This document shows positions 29,893 through 40,754 of a stretch of 64,000 bases of DNA, piece by piece. The translations under genes and the position numbers were made by a program. The DNA is taken from assembly GCA_034101145.1 (NCBI GenBank), contig JAXEKG010000007.1, positions 17,473-81,472 of the forward strand. The letters are read 5' to 3'. Source of the stretch: Eubacteriales bacterium. GTDB taxonomy: Bacteria > Bacillota > Clostridia > Oscillospirales > CAG-272. Position 1 is the stretch's first letter. The number at the start of each line of letters is the position of its first letter. The notes under the pieces were generated by a model. That model was not told where the DNA came from, did no database searches, and saw only the letters and a list, made by a program, of their open reading frames with translations.

Positions 29893-30837
29893 TTAGCCTT
29901 TTATCTCACTGAATTTAGTTATATTACCGCTGAATATGTCATATAAATCATTGAGCGTAAGATTGCTGATTTTATCGTTGGACTTGTTTACGATTACAGC
30001 AACGGCGTCAAGGCATACGTTAAAGCTGTTGATGCCCTCTTCATTTACACTTGCCGAAGAAAGACCGATTACGTTACCGTTTGTGTCGTTCTTTGCAGCA
30101 GATTTTCCGACAGAAGAGCCTTGCAGGTCAAGGGTGAACAGTTCGTCCGCAGTTCTTCCGTAAAGGCTTGCATAACCACTCATTGCATTTTTGATGAATT
30201 TCTCCATAGACGTAGAGCCGTTAATCGTAATCTTTCCGCCCGAAGGAAGTGTTGATTTCGGGCTGTACTCTGATACCGGAATTGCCGGCTGTCCTTCATT
30301 TGCACGCGAAGCGGAATCGGAAAGCCATATACAGCCGCTTGCCTGGGCGTGCGCCTCTGAAGCTCCGCTCTTTAAGTAATCGAGAAAGTCCTTGGTGATT
30401 TCGGTAAGCTCTACCGTCGAATTGGTCATTATTACGAACGGTCTCTGAATGACGTAGGTTCCGTCTAAAACCGTTTGGGCGGAAGGCGTAACGCCATTTA
30501 CACTCACAACTTTTACCGTGTCGTTTACAGAGCCGAGTGAAATATAACCGATTGCATTTTTGTCGCTTGCGACTTTACTCATCACATTTCCGGTTTCTTT
30601 TTGAATATCTGCGTTTGCGGTTGTATTATAAACTTTTTTTCCGTCAACCTTCATTTCGAGATAATTGCCGTTACCGTCAGTTACGACTTTGTCGAAGGCC
30701 TCTCTGGTACCGCTGCCCTGTTCGCGAGCGACAACCGTTATGTTTTTTTCTCCGCTGCAAGAGGTCATCCCCATTAACACACCGGCCAGTAAAGAACATG
30801 CTAAAACTATTGATATGATTTTTTTCATTTTTCTCAT
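29893..30837 (-). CDS. pstS: Phosphate-binding lipoprotein
   Basis: Lipobox 'MTSC', 'REQGSGTR', 'AIGYISLG', 'GSTSM'. Confidence 0.9.
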   Translation of the reverse strand: MRKMKKIISIVLACSLLAGVLMGMTSCSGEKNITVVAREQGSGTREAFDKVVTDGNGNYLEMKVDGKKVYNTTANADIQKETGNVMSKVASDKNAIGYISLGSVNDTVKVVSVNGVTPSAQTVLDGTYVIQRPFVIMTNSTVELTEITKDFLDYLKSGASEAHAQASGCIWLSDSASRANEGQPAIPVSEYSPKSTLPSGGKITINGSTSMEKFIKNAMSGYASLYGRTADELFTLDLQGSSVGKSAAKNDTNGNVIGLSSASVNEEGINSFNVCLDAVAVIVNKSNDKISNLTLNDLYDIFSGNITKFSEIKG

Positions 30838-30918
30838 TTTGTTCTTCTCCTTTTTTATTTTGCACTCTTATCATATCGCTTTTGTAAACTCGTTGCTATC
30901 ATGTTTTCCTTTAGAGAA

Positions 30919-30935
30919 TGTAAATTCTATGTAAA
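30919..30935 (-). promoter_or_regulatory. Pho box
   Basis: TTTACA direct repeats 11 bp apart upstream of pstS; a further TTTACA at 30883-30888. Confidence 0.7.
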
Positions 30936-31022
30936 GTAGGGGCAGAAAAGATTGAAGCAGTTCCCATATATTTGAAATAAAATAATACAATAATGCTTTT
31001 TTCGATTTTTTTATGATAATAC

Positions 31023-31051
31023 TTGACAAAATTTTTCATATGTGTTAAAAT
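31023..31051 (+). promoter_or_regulatory. Sigma-A promoter
   Basis: TTGACA-17-TAAAAT with extended TG. Confidence 0.75.
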
Positions 31052-31232
31052 TAATTATACAATATAAACAAAATAGCCAAATATAGGAATATCTCTTTAT
31101 TTCTTAAAGTTAATTTTTGCTTATTGTGTGTCATTGAATTTTATAAAATGCAAATCCCACTTGATATACGACGATAGGGTTATTCTATTGCTGTTTTGAG
31201 TTTCGTGTGAGAACAACGAAGTTTGCGTTTTT

Positions 31233-31264
31233 GTGCGCCAACTTCGGTTGACGCACTGTTTTTT
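31233..31264 (+). terminator. Intrinsic terminator within a long leader
   Basis: gtgcgccaac-TTCG-gttgacgcac plus T run. Confidence 0.7.
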
Positions 31265-31719
31265 AATTTCGGTGGATTTACGATTCCTGAATCATTTTTA
31301 TACACTCGCTCGGATGTTTATGCTCAAAACGGAGGCAACACCGTTTTTGGGGTTGTAAAGTGACGGAATAACGGGATTGCGGCGTAAAAATGTTGTATAT
31401 CGACGGTAATCATTATTTGCCCGGAAACATATAATATTAATATATATTGTAAATTTTTCACGTTTTGTAACGTGAATGTGACGGCATAAAAAATTTAAGG
31501 GTAATGTGAGGTGAGAGATTCCAAAACGGAAAAAAGCTTATGTAGTAATAAAAAGGAGGTGTAATGTCAGAAGAAAAATACGAGTATTTATATAATGAAA
31601 TAAATTATTTTCGTAAGCTTTGCACAAAGGTTTATAAAGACCGAAAATTGTGTTTTCTTTTGGTTTAGCAAATATAGACAAGTATATCGAATAATGTAAT
31701 TAATATAAGGAGATCTGAT

Positions 31720-33558
31720 ATGAAATCAACAAGACTAATTGCTTTAATAATGGCACTGCTTTTGCTTGTATCAGCGATATTCGTGCTCGCCTCATGTGAA
31801 GAAGATGACAGCGACAAGGATAACAGCTCGTCTACGGAAGCGTCAAGCTCATCTTCCTCTCAAACGACGTCATCGACGAACAAAGCTGATAAACACACCG
31901 TAACTATCATCGACGGTATAACGGGCAAGACTCTTGAAACGATTAAGGTAAGGAACAATGCATCCGTAACTATAACGAACAGTTACACAGACTATCATTA
32001 CGGATATAACGTAAACGTCGAAAAACTGAACGCAGACCTCGCGGCGAAGGTCTTAGAGGACAAAACAATTACCATTGAGTTCCTCGAGGCACCGCTATAT
32101 ACGATAACCCTTCAGAAGGTTGATAAAACCGTATATGACGCATACCAATTTGAATTTAAGGAAAGACTTACCAAGGATGAAATCATCAGCGGAAAAGACA
32201 CGCTTCATTTCGTAGGTGATGATAAGAACGATTATAAACAAACGTCTCTCAGCGGTGAAATAAAGGTTTACGGTGGAATGTCGATTTCTCTTTCGCTCAT
32301 TCCCGACGGTCCCATTACACCGGCAACACCGACCTTTGACAAGTGGATACTGCTCGACGATAACGGCAACCTCGCCTCTCCTTTCACCGGCTCGAATATA
32401 CAGTCGAATCTGACGCTCAGAGCACAGTATAAGGACGGCGCCGTTGTAAGCTATGCCGACGCAAATCTTAAAACCTATGAGGATCCAAAGGATGTTTTTG
32501 CGGCACTGAAAATAGCAACGAGAAACGGTAAGGAATATATTCTCGATGCCGACGCCGAGGGACATTCCTCAAACAACGAGAAGGTAACGTTCGATAAAGA
32601 GACCGACAGAGCAACCAGAGACACGGGAACCTTCAGATACATACACGGTCTATACGGTAATATATGGATACCCGATAATTCGCTTAAGAGATCCGCCGAT
32701 AATCCCGAAGAAAACAAATTCACGGGAGTTCTGTCCAATGACAAACTCTATGGCAATTACAGCATACAGGTAGACCAGAACGCATATATGGCGTTCGACG
32801 GCGATAAGCTATACGTTATCTCCATCATCCGTGATGACACGCCCCAGTACCTTTCCGAGACGGAAATAGCTTCCTTTATGAGCATGGCGGATAAACCGGG
32901 GAGCCTGTACGGTAAGAAAGATACCGCGGAAATTTACTTCTACTTCGGCGCAACCGCTCCGGAAGTAATGAAGACCGTGAACGGTGAACTAAAATCCACG
33001 GGAAAGTACTGGAAAGCGGGCGCAACTGACGGCGGAAGCGGAGTTACACGTGCGGCAAGCGAAACAGAGAAGCTCGACGGTCTGCGTTCGATAAACATCG
33101 ACAGAAGCGGAAGGCTGATTACCGAGGCGATAATTGAGCCAACCGAACTCGGACCCGTAAGTATGTACGACTACATTGATATAATCGATATATCCGGAAG
33201 CGATTCCGACAACAGAAATACTCTCAAGCTCGTGAACGGAGAAGGAAATGAAAACGGCTATGCTATCGGCATGGTATTCAGAATTCAGGAATATTTCGAC
33301 GCGATTGAATATGACTGGACACAAAATCAGAATATGTGTAAGATGGTATTCGCAATGCAGGTAAACGACCAGTGCGGACCTGCAAAAATCCAGAGTTTAA
33401 CTGATAAGACCGATATAAAAGACGCCGAAAACTTATTCAATATCCCCGATGGATATCAGTATTATCTTGTGGGTGAAGGCAGCGGTATGGCATCGTCAGG
33501 GACACAGCTCACGGTTGAAGGCTCCGTTGATATAACACTGGTAAAGTCGGTTACTTAA
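31720..33558 (+). CDS. Large lipoprotein with Ser-rich linker, possible CBM9/DOMON-like domain
   Basis: Signal peptide with lipobox 'LASC'; 'SSSTEASSSSSS'; 'MAFDGDKLYVISIIRDDT...DTAEIYF'. Confidence 0.75.
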   Translation: MKSTRLIALIMALLLLVSAIFVLASCEEDDSDKDNSSSTEASSSSSSQTTSSTNKADKHTVTIIDGITGKTLETIKVRNNASVTITNSYTDYHYGYNVNVEKLNADLAAKVLEDKTITIEFLEAPLYTITLQKVDKTVYDAYQFEFKERLTKDEIISGKDTLHFVGDDKNDYKQTSLSGEIKVYGGMSISLSLIPDGPITPATPTFDKWILLDDNGNLASPFTGSNIQSNLTLRAQYKDGAVVSYADANLKTYEDPKDVFAALKIATRNGKEYILDADAEGHSSNNEKVTFDKETDRATRDTGTFRYIHGLYGNIWIPDNSLKRSADNPEENKFTGVLSNDKLYGNYSIQVDQNAYMAFDGDKLYVISIIRDDTPQYLSETEIASFMSMADKPGSLYGKKDTAEIYFYFGATAPEVMKTVNGELKSTGKYWKAGATDGGSGVTRAASETEKLDGLRSINIDRSGRLITEAIIEPTELGPVSMYDYIDIIDISGSDSDNRNTLKLVNGEGNENGYAIGMVFRIQEYFDAIEYDWTQNQNMCKMVFAMQVNDQCGPAKIQSLTDKTDIKDAENLFNIPDGYQYYLVGEGSGMASSGTQLTVEGSVDITLVKSVT

Positions 33559-33602
33559 CCGATAAATCACATAAACTCTGTTTATGTAATAAATTTCCCC
33601 CA

Positions 33603-33643
33603 AAATAAAGAGGAACCGAAGCAATTCGGTTCCTTGATTTTTT
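33603..33643. terminator. Bidirectional terminator
   Basis: aggaaccgaa-gcaa-ttcggttcct between convergent genes. Confidence 0.75.
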
Positions 33644-33664
33644 ATCGCTGCTAAAAACGGCGGC

Positions 33665-34645
33665 TCAAAGAATTTTTGACGAGCGGAGTATTCTCCTTGC
33701 GAGTCGGACGCTGTCGGCAGAGCTTTCCTTGGTAACGTATTCTATGGGTTTGTCGTTTTTAACGCAATCCGCAAAGTATGCAATTTCATCGGTGTAGGCA
33801 TTGTCGCCGGAAATATTAAGGCCTGTGAAGGTGGTTTTCCTTGCCTGCAGGGGGATTTCTTTGTTGTTTGCCGTCAGCTTCGAGCCTTTCAGCTCTACGT
33901 ATCCGTTCTCAAATACTGCGAGATATTCCGCAGAGAATGGGATATCCGCATTATACCACGTTGCCTGTCCCGTGACGGGTACGTCACCGTAGAGCATGGT
34001 ATATTTAATAAAACTGCTGTTGTCGGTTATAGGGCGGTAAAACGACGATATTTCGTCAGGAGTCCCCAGTACCGAGGATATAAAGTCTATATCGTGTACG
34101 GCAAGGTCAAGACACACGCCGCCACTGAGCTCTTCGTTTCTCATCCAATCGTTGCTGCTCCATGTCGGTATTGTCGATATGCGATTTAAGTCGAGGTTAA
34201 CAAGTTTTCCGTATGCGTTGTTTTTTATTGCTTCCGCAAGGTATATGTACGGAGCCATAAATCTGACAACGTGAGCCGTCATGAATTTTTTACCGCTCGC
34301 CTTCGCGTGCGATATTATCTGTCTGCAATCATCTTCATTGAGAGCCATCGGCTTTTCGCATAATACGTTGAATCCGGCGTCCAGGCATTTTATCGCCATA
34401 TCGGTGTGAAGATAACTCGGAGTGCAAATATCGATTATATCAAGTTCTTCTTTTGTTATCATATCGGAAAGCGAGGTATATGACGTTATATTATCGCCGT
34501 CGGTCTTTTTTGCGATGACGTCGGGACGTATATCGCACACGGCAACCACTTTTGCATCTGTTACGTTTTTATAGCAGTCATAATGTGCTCCTCCCATAGA
34601 CCCTATGCCTACAAGTCCTACCTTGAGTTTGTTGTCTTTGTTCAT
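33665..34645 (-). CDS. Gfo/Idh/MocA oxidoreductase
   Basis: 'VGIGSMG', 'DICTPSYLH', 'CEKPMA', 'DLAVHDID'. Confidence 0.92.
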   Translation of the reverse strand: MNKDNKLKVGLVGIGSMGGAHYDCYKNVTDAKVVAVCDIRPDVIAKKTDGDNITSYTSLSDMITKEELDIIDICTPSYLHTDMAIKCLDAGFNVLCEKPMALNEDDCRQIISHAKASGKKFMTAHVVRFMAPYIYLAEAIKNNAYGKLVNLDLNRISTIPTWSSNDWMRNEELSGGVCLDLAVHDIDFISSVLGTPDEISSFYRPITDNSSFIKYTMLYGDVPVTGQATWYNADIPFSAEYLAVFENGYVELKGSKLTANNKEIPLQARKTTFTGLNISGDNAYTDEIAYFADCVKNDKPIEYVTKESSADSVRLARRILRSSKIL

Positions 34646-34697
34646 TTTTATACCCTTCCTGATAAAATGAGTTAAAAGCCCAAAAATCTGTTTTTCA

Positions 34698-35537
34698 TTA
34701 CTTTTCGAGAACGTTTTCTTTCAAAAGAATATCTTCAAGGAGCTTTTTGGCTTTCATTAGGTCGTCGTTTCTGTTGTCGCTCGCTCGCTCGTATTCTATT
34801 GTGACAGGTCCATTATATCCCTTGCTTTTCAGGCGTGATATAAGGAGAGGGAAGTTCACCCTGCCGTCCCCTAAGGGCTTCTCGGTTCCGAGGCAGTCGG
34901 GGTCGGTGGGATATTCGCCGTCTTTTCCGTGTACGTTTCTGACATATTCTCCGAAAACGTCAACGGCGTCGCACGGGTTTCCTTTGCCGTACATAAGGAG
35001 ATTGGCCGGGTCAAGGTTTATACCGAGATTGCCCGTACCGACTTTTTGAATGGTGCGTTTGAGCGTTATGGGAGTTTCCTGACCTGTTTCAAAGAGCAGA
35101 TACTGACCGTTATCCCTGAAATATTCGGCAACCTCTCTTATTGCTCTTACGACTTCGGCGTATTCGTCCGTCATCTGATTTTCGGGCAAAAAGCCCATAT
35201 GAGTTGCGATGTCCGTTACGCCGATTTTTTTTGCGAAATCGGAACCTCGTTTCAGATTTTCAATACGCGTTTTTCTGTAAAGTATGGGGATAAGGCCCAG
35301 AGTATGGTATCCGTCGGTAAGATTCCAGCTTACAGGCCCCTCCCAGCCGCACCACAGTGCCGTAACCGTCACGCTGAATTCTTTTGCGGCTTTTTTGATT
35401 TTCTCTGCATTTTCATCTGTGAATTGCGACATATTCCAACAGGCTATCTGGCAGCTTGGGAATCCGAGCTTTGCCACCTCGAATATCTTTTCGTAAATAT
35501 CGCCGTTGTCCATGTCGATGAGAAGTCCGAGTTTCAT
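34698..35537 (-). CDS. Sugar phosphate isomerase/epimerase (AP endonuclease 2 TIM barrel)
   Basis: 'FETGQE', 'NLDPANL', 'VHGKD', 'TIEYE'. Confidence 0.9.
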   Translation of the reverse strand: MKLGLLIDMDNGDIYEKIFEVAKLGFPSCQIACWNMSQFTDENAEKIKKAAKEFSVTVTALWCGWEGPVSWNLTDGYHTLGLIPILYRKTRIENLKRGSDFAKKIGVTDIATHMGFLPENQMTDEYAEVVRAIREVAEYFRDNGQYLLFETGQETPITLKRTIQKVGTGNLGINLDPANLLMYGKGNPCDAVDVFGEYVRNVHGKDGEYPTDPDCLGTEKPLGDGRVNFPLLISRLKSKGYNGPVTIEYERASDNRNDDLMKAKKLLEDILLKENVLEK

Positions 35538-35586
35538 ATAAATCTCTCCTTTCTTTTTATGAGCATAATGAATTTACGGTCGAATG

Positions 35587-36600
35587 TCAAAGCGAGATAT
35601 ATTTTTTCCCTTTTTCATATATATCGCATATTAGTTTTTGGGTTTTGAGGGCATCCTCTCCGCTGACGGCAAGCGGCTCCTTGCCAAGGCAGGCATTGTA
35701 AAACTGTTGTATTTGCGCAAAATGCTTGGAGCCCCAGTAATCCTTACTTCCTTTTACGGTTGTATGATTTGCGGCATTAACGCGCTCGGAAGTGCCGTCG
35801 TTATACGATATTTCGGCCTCGTCATAGTTAAAGACCGCCTTGCCGTTTTCGCAGACAAGCTCTATGCGTATCGGCTCGTCGATGGGAAAATTGTTCATGC
35901 AGTAGAAGGAGTAGGTTACCCCGTTTCTGTACTTTATAAGTCCTTCCGCGGTATCCTCCACGATTATCGTTTTGTGGTTACGGTTAAACATGGAGCATTT
36001 GATTTCCGATACGGTATCGTCAATAAGCCAGTTTACAAGGTCAATGGAATGGATAGCCTGATCGATTAAGACGCCGCCGCCCTCTTTATCCCACGTGCCT
36101 TTCCAATCGGAATCGGAATAGTATTCATCCGGTCTTGCCCATGTAAGGTAGGAGCTTGCAGAAATGATTTTTCCGAGTTTTCCGCTTTCGACGGCATTTT
36201 TCACAAGCACCGACGCCTCGTTAAAACGGCACTGAAATATTATGCCGTATAAAACGTTTTTTTCTTTCGCGAGCTTTACGGCTCCGAGCGCATCCTCGTA
36301 GTTAACGGACATGGGCTTTTCGCATATTACGTTTGCACCGGCCTCCATAGCGTAACGGGAAACGGGAACGTGCAGATAGTGCGGAAGGCATATATGCACG
36401 ACGTCGGGTTTTTCCGTATCTATAAGTTTTTTGTAGTCCGTATATGCTCTCACTTTATATTTTTCCGAAATCTCGTTGCAAATATCGCTTTTTACGTCGC
36501 AAACGGCAACCAAACGTGCATCGTCGGATTGTTCTGTTGCATCCAGGTGCATAACCGATATTCTGCCAAGGCCGATAACTGCGCATTTTAACTTATCCAT
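35587..36600 (-). CDS. Gfo/Idh/MocA oxidoreductase
   Basis: 'GLGRIS', 'CEKPM', 'EGGGVLIDQAIHSID'. Confidence 0.92.
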   Translation of the reverse strand: MDKLKCAVIGLGRISVMHLDATEQSDDARLVAVCDVKSDICNEISEKYKVRAYTDYKKLIDTEKPDVVHICLPHYLHVPVSRYAMEAGANVICEKPMSVNYEDALGAVKLAKEKNVLYGIIFQCRFNEASVLVKNAVESGKLGKIISASSYLTWARPDEYYSDSDWKGTWDKEGGGVLIDQAIHSIDLVNWLIDDTVSEIKCSMFNRNHKTIIVEDTAEGLIKYRNGVTYSFYCMNNFPIDEPIRIELVCENGKAVFNYDEAEISYNDGTSERVNAANHTTVKGSKDYWGSKHFAQIQQFYNACLGKEPLAVSGEDALKTQKLICDIYEKGKKYISL

Positions 36601-36762
36601 ATTTTCCTCCGATTCGAAGTTAACCCGCATATTTTACATTTCCAGTATAGCATTCGGTGTGTTTGAACGCCATACCGATATAATCGGTAATACTGTCAAA
36701 AATTCAGATTCTGTAAATACACTTTGCATAAAAAAACGACGCAAAGCTGCGTCGCATAAATA

Positions 36763-37533
36763 TCAACTGTTTCTGTATGCACGGTATGCGCGGTAAAAAG
36801 TATTCTCGCTTGAAAATCCGCACTCGTATGCAATCTTAGAAAGAGAAAGACAGGGATTTTGTTTTTTGATACTGCACGCCTCGCTTATCCTGCGCCTGTT
36901 AAGATATTCTCTTAAATGCATACCCGTGAATTTGTTGAAAAGTTCTGAAAAATAGTTCGGTACGTATCCGAATTTTTTTGAAAGTGCCTTCAGCGTTATA
37001 TCTGTTTTAAAGGTTTCTTCGATATATTTGAGAACCTCGATGAATATTTGCTCGGATTTTTCTTTTTTGCGCTTTACCGTTTGGTAAAACTTTTTCATCA
37101 TACCGACTGCGATATTCGGAATCCCACGTCGGATAAATAAATTGTCCGAATAAAAATCGTATATGCTGTCGATAAAATCACATATATTCTTCGCGCATCC
37201 GTTGTCGCAAAGAAAAGCTTCAAAGGTTTCGTCGATTTCAAGGTCGCCGACAAGCTGCCTGTCGATAACCATAATGTACATTTCGGTATCGTCAAAAGAA
37301 TTATAAAAATGCGAAGAAAAGGAATCGATAAAGGCTATTTCGCCTTCGCTCATCAGCTTTTCGTTGGCGTTAATATGCACACGGCATTTTCCTTTTTTGA
37401 TTACGGCTATTTCTATGCTGTTATGAAAGTGACATAGCGCTGCCGGTTTCAATCCGCCGTTTTGCGTATAACGCTCAATGAGCAGATGCCCGTTTACGTC
37501 AGCCTCAGGCTCGTAATAGTTAACATTATTCAT
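36763..37533 (-). CDS. AraC family regulator (cupin + HTH)
   Basis: 'HFHNSIE'; 'IAYECGFSSENTFYRAY'. Confidence 0.9.
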   Translation of the reverse strand: MNNVNYYEPEADVNGHLLIERYTQNGGLKPAALCHFHNSIEIAVIKKGKCRVHINANEKLMSEGEIAFIDSFSSHFYNSFDDTEMYIMVIDRQLVGDLEIDETFEAFLCDNGCAKNICDFIDSIYDFYSDNLFIRRGIPNIAVGMMKKFYQTVKRKKEKSEQIFIEVLKYIEETFKTDITLKALSKKFGYVPNYFSELFNKFTGMHLREYLNRRRISEACSIKKQNPCLSLSKIAYECGFSSENTFYRAYRAYRNS

Positions 37534-37602
37534 GATTTCACTCTCGCTTGAAGTTTCGGTTATGCATTGAAAAGCTCGGCTTTCGGTATAATATGGGTAT
37601 GT

Positions 37603-38589
37603 TTACTTAATAATATCGGCGAGTTTATCTATTATGAAGTCGGCGATGAGCTTATGACTGCGGCGCAGTGGGTGAAAAGGACCGCTCGTGTATGCGCCGC
37701 GTGTATCAATGAAGGATATATCATCATTATTGTCTTTATTATAATCCGATACGGCTTTTTCAAGTTGTTCGGCAAAGCAACCGCAGAAGGGAAGTATAAC
37801 TATTATTTTCGATTTTTTGTTCATTGCACGGACTTCGTCAAGCAGTTTTACGTATCCTGCTATATACTTTTCGGGAGTTGAGCCCATATCGTTTGAGCCG
37901 TGATTTATCATAATGTAGTCACAATCGGAATACGTCTTTTCAGACCCGTCAAAGTTATAGGGATATGCTGTTTTTACGTCAGGGACATTACCCTGTCCGC
38001 TCTTGGTTATTCCGACCGCACCGTATGCCATAAAGAACGGACGCAGGTTATAATGCTTTGCTATATGCCATGCGTAGGTTGCGCAGACGTCGTCCTGGTA
38101 TATGCGGTTCTGCTGGTCAAGGTCCCACACGCCTTTCTCGTCTCCGTTATAATCGTCGTCGATAAGAACTCCCTCGGTTATCGAATCACCGATAAATTCC
38201 ACGGTCTTGCGATTGTCTTCCGGCAACGGGGCTGAGGCATCCGCATCATAACCCTTAAACGATATTTTACCGTGCAGGGGCGCATACCAACGGCTGTATG
38301 CTTCTTCGCCGCCTTTATATATTATACGGCATACATGCACGCCGTAACCGTTCGCACGCACACGAAGATATGCGTCGAGAGGCGCCTCTGTCATATTGCC
38401 GTCATCAAGTTGTATCCAAAGGTGCGGATACGGTGTTTTATTGTCCTCGATATCGAAACGTGCTACCGCCATATCGCCGTCAAACGAAAACTCAATATAT
38501 GAGCCCGGAGCGGTTGTAACGGCGCATTCTCCGCTTGTATCCCATCTTCCCGTCAGACGAACTGATTTATCCTTATACGAAAATCTCAT
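37603..38589 (-). CDS. SGNH/GDSL esterase (CE2-like)
   Basis: 'EFIGDSITEG', 'INHGSND', 'HP'. Confidence 0.85.
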   Translation of the reverse strand: MRFSYKDKSVRLTGRWDTSGECAVTTAPGSYIEFSFDGDMAVARFDIEDNKTPYPHLWIQLDDGNMTEAPLDAYLRVRANGYGVHVCRIIYKGGEEAYSRWYAPLHGKISFKGYDADASAPLPEDNRKTVEFIGDSITEGVLIDDDYNGDEKGVWDLDQQNRIYQDDVCATYAWHIAKHYNLRPFFMAYGAVGITKSGQGNVPDVKTAYPYNFDGSEKTYSDCDYIMINHGSNDMGSTPEKYIAGYVKLLDEVRAMNKKSKIIVILPFCGCFAEQLEKAVSDYNKDNNDDISFIDTRGAYTSGPFHPLRRSHKLIADFIIDKLADIIK

Positions 38590-38748
38590 ATAATCCTCCG
38601 AAATTAAATGAAAATTTTTCAAAGTGATTTGCAAAATGTACGTTTGCAAATAATATAATATCACCCCATGATTTGTTTGTCAATGAAACGGGCAAAAATG
38701 ATTCGGTACATCGTTCATAAAATGAGTAGAACAAAAAGAGGATACGAT

Positions 38749-39483
38749 ATGAGAAAAATAAAAAATACGGATACCGAGGTATTCGGAGTGAGAATAAGCC
38801 GTGTTACGATGGACGAGGCGGTTAATCAGATTACAGAGAGGATTATCAAAAAAGAGAACGGAGGTTCCGTATATACTCCGAACGCAATTATGCTTAACCG
38901 AGCAAGGAAGGATGAAAAGTTTCGCCAAATACTCAACACGTCTTTTATGAATACCCCTGACGGAAGAGGGACGGTTATGGCGATACGCCTTCTTTGCGGT
39001 GAAAAAACTCCGCGAATATGCGGAGTTGACCTCGGATACCGGCTCGTTGCTTCCATGGCAAGAAACGGGCTCGGACTTTATCTTTTCGGGGGAAAAACGG
39101 GCGTTGCAGAGGAGGCGGCGAAGCGTCTTTCTCTTTCTTACCCCGGGCTTCGCATATGCGGAATCTCATCCGGTTACGGATATTCTGATGGCTTACCCTA
39201 CATTATAAAAAACAGTGGGGCGGATATTGCTTTCGTTTGCCTCGGATCCCCCACTCAGGAAAAGTGGATATACGAAAATGCGGCGAAGGTGCCGGGATGT
39301 GTATTTTTGGGGCTCGGAGGCAGTATGGACGTATACGCGGGTAAAGTCGCGCGAGCCCCGGAGTTTATAGGCCGTATGGGTTTCGAGTGGGCATATCGAA
39401 TGCTCTCGGAGCCGAAAAGAATAAAAAGACTTCCTCAGCTTATCGGTTTCTGTTTTGCGATATTTCGGGAAAAACTGTCGTAA
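38749..39483 (+). CDS. WecB/TagA/CpsF family glycosyltransferase
   Basis: 'TPN', 'PDG', 'LGSPTQEKWI', 'GLGGSMD', 'RAP', 'EWAYRMLSEPKR'. Confidence 0.92.
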   Translation: MRKIKNTDTEVFGVRISRVTMDEAVNQITERIIKKENGGSVYTPNAIMLNRARKDEKFRQILNTSFMNTPDGRGTVMAIRLLCGEKTPRICGVDLGYRLVASMARNGLGLYLFGGKTGVAEEAAKRLSLSYPGLRICGISSGYGYSDGLPYIIKNSGADIAFVCLGSPTQEKWIYENAAKVPGCVFLGLGGSMDVYAGKVARAPEFIGRMGFEWAYRMLSEPKRIKRLPQLIGFCFAIFREKLS

Positions 39484-39667
39484 CCGCAAGAAGAATAAAA
39501 GAAAAAACAGTCAAAAAGGCGCAGACGGCGAGGATGAGGGAGGTTGAAAAAATATTTTTTACAAAATTGATAATTTTTTGCCAATCTACTTGATAATTCC
39601 AAAATAGTGTGGTAAAATACAAAATTGATGTGAAAAAACAAAAATTTTTATTTCGGAGGAAATCAAA

Positions 39668-40723
39668 ATGTCAGTTAAAGTTGCAATTAACGGCTTCGGC
39701 CGTATCGGACGTCTGGCTTTCAGACAGATGTTCGGAGCTGAAGGATACGAAGTAGTCGCTATCAACGACCTCACCAGCCCTAAGATGCTCGCTCACCTTC
39801 TCAAATACGATACGGCTCAGGGCAGCTACGTTGCTCAGGGCCACACCGTTGAGTACAAGGATTCCGTTCTCGGCGAGGACGGCAAGACAGTCGTTGTTCC
39901 CGGTGCTATAATCGTTGACGGCAAGGAAATCACAATATATGCATGCCCGAAGGCAGCAGACCTTCCCTGGGGAGAACTCGGCGTTGACGTTGTTCTCGAG
40001 TGCACGGGCTTCTACTGCTCCAAGGAAAAGTCGATGGCTCATATCCAGGCAGGCGCAAAGAAGGTTGTCATTTCCGCTCCTGCAGGAAACGATCTTAAGA
40101 CAATCGTATTCAACGTAAACAACCAGACTCTTACCAAGGATGACCAGATTATTTCCGCTGCATCCTGTACTACAAACTGCCTTGCCCCCATGGCAAAGGC
40201 TCTTAACGACGCATACCCGATTCAGAGCGGTATCATGACCACCGTTCACGCATATACGGGTGACCAGATGATTCTGGACGGTCCTCACAGAAAGGGTGAC
40301 CTCCGCCGTGCACGTGCAGGCGCACAGAACATCGTTCCTAACTCTACCGGTGCCGCAAAGGCAATCGGTCTGGTTATCCCCGAACTCAACGGCAAGCTCA
40401 TCGGCTCCGCTCAGAGAGTTCCTACCTGCACCGGTTCCACTACCATTCTCGTAGCGGTAGTTAAGGGCAAGGACGTTACCAAGGATTCCATCAATGCCGC
40501 AATGAAGGCTGCCGCAACCGAATCCTTCGGCTACAACACCGATGAAATCGTATCTTCCGACGTTATCGGTATGCGTTACGGTTCGCTCTTCGATGCTACT
40601 CAGACCATGGTAGCAAAGATCGACGACGACACATATCAGGTACAGGTTGTTTCCTGGTACGACAACGAAAACAGCTACACAAGCCAGATGGTTCGCACTA
40701 TAAAGTACTTTGCCGAGCTTTAA
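39668..40723 (+). CDS. gap: Glyceraldehyde-3-phosphate dehydrogenase
   Basis: 'INGFGRIGR', '[10 protein letters not shown]', 'WYDNE'. Confidence 0.98.
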   Translation: MSVKVAINGFGRIGRLAFRQMFGAEGYEVVAINDLTSPKMLAHLLKYDTAQGSYVAQGHTVEYKDSVLGEDGKTVVVPGAIIVDGKEITIYACPKAADLPWGELGVDVVLECTGFYCSKEKSMAHIQAGAKKVVISAPAGNDLKTIVFNVNNQTLTKDDQIISAASCTTNCLAPMAKALNDAYPIQSGIMTTVHAYTGDQMILDGPHRKGDLRRARAGAQNIVPNSTGAAKAIGLVIPELNGKLIGSAQRVPTCTGSTTILVAVVKGKDVTKDSINAAMKAAATESFGYNTDEIVSSDVIGMRYGSLFDATQTMVAKIDDDTYQVQVVSWYDNENSYTSQMVRTIKYFAEL

Positions 40724-40754
40724 TATAATTTCCGACATTGTCGGGAATAATCCT

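Noticed and set aside
39671-40738. Long antisense ORFs opposite gap (and likewise opposite fusA, tuf and the aldehyde DH)
   Set aside because: Expected shadow ORFs from codon bias in highly expressed genes; no RBS or motifs.
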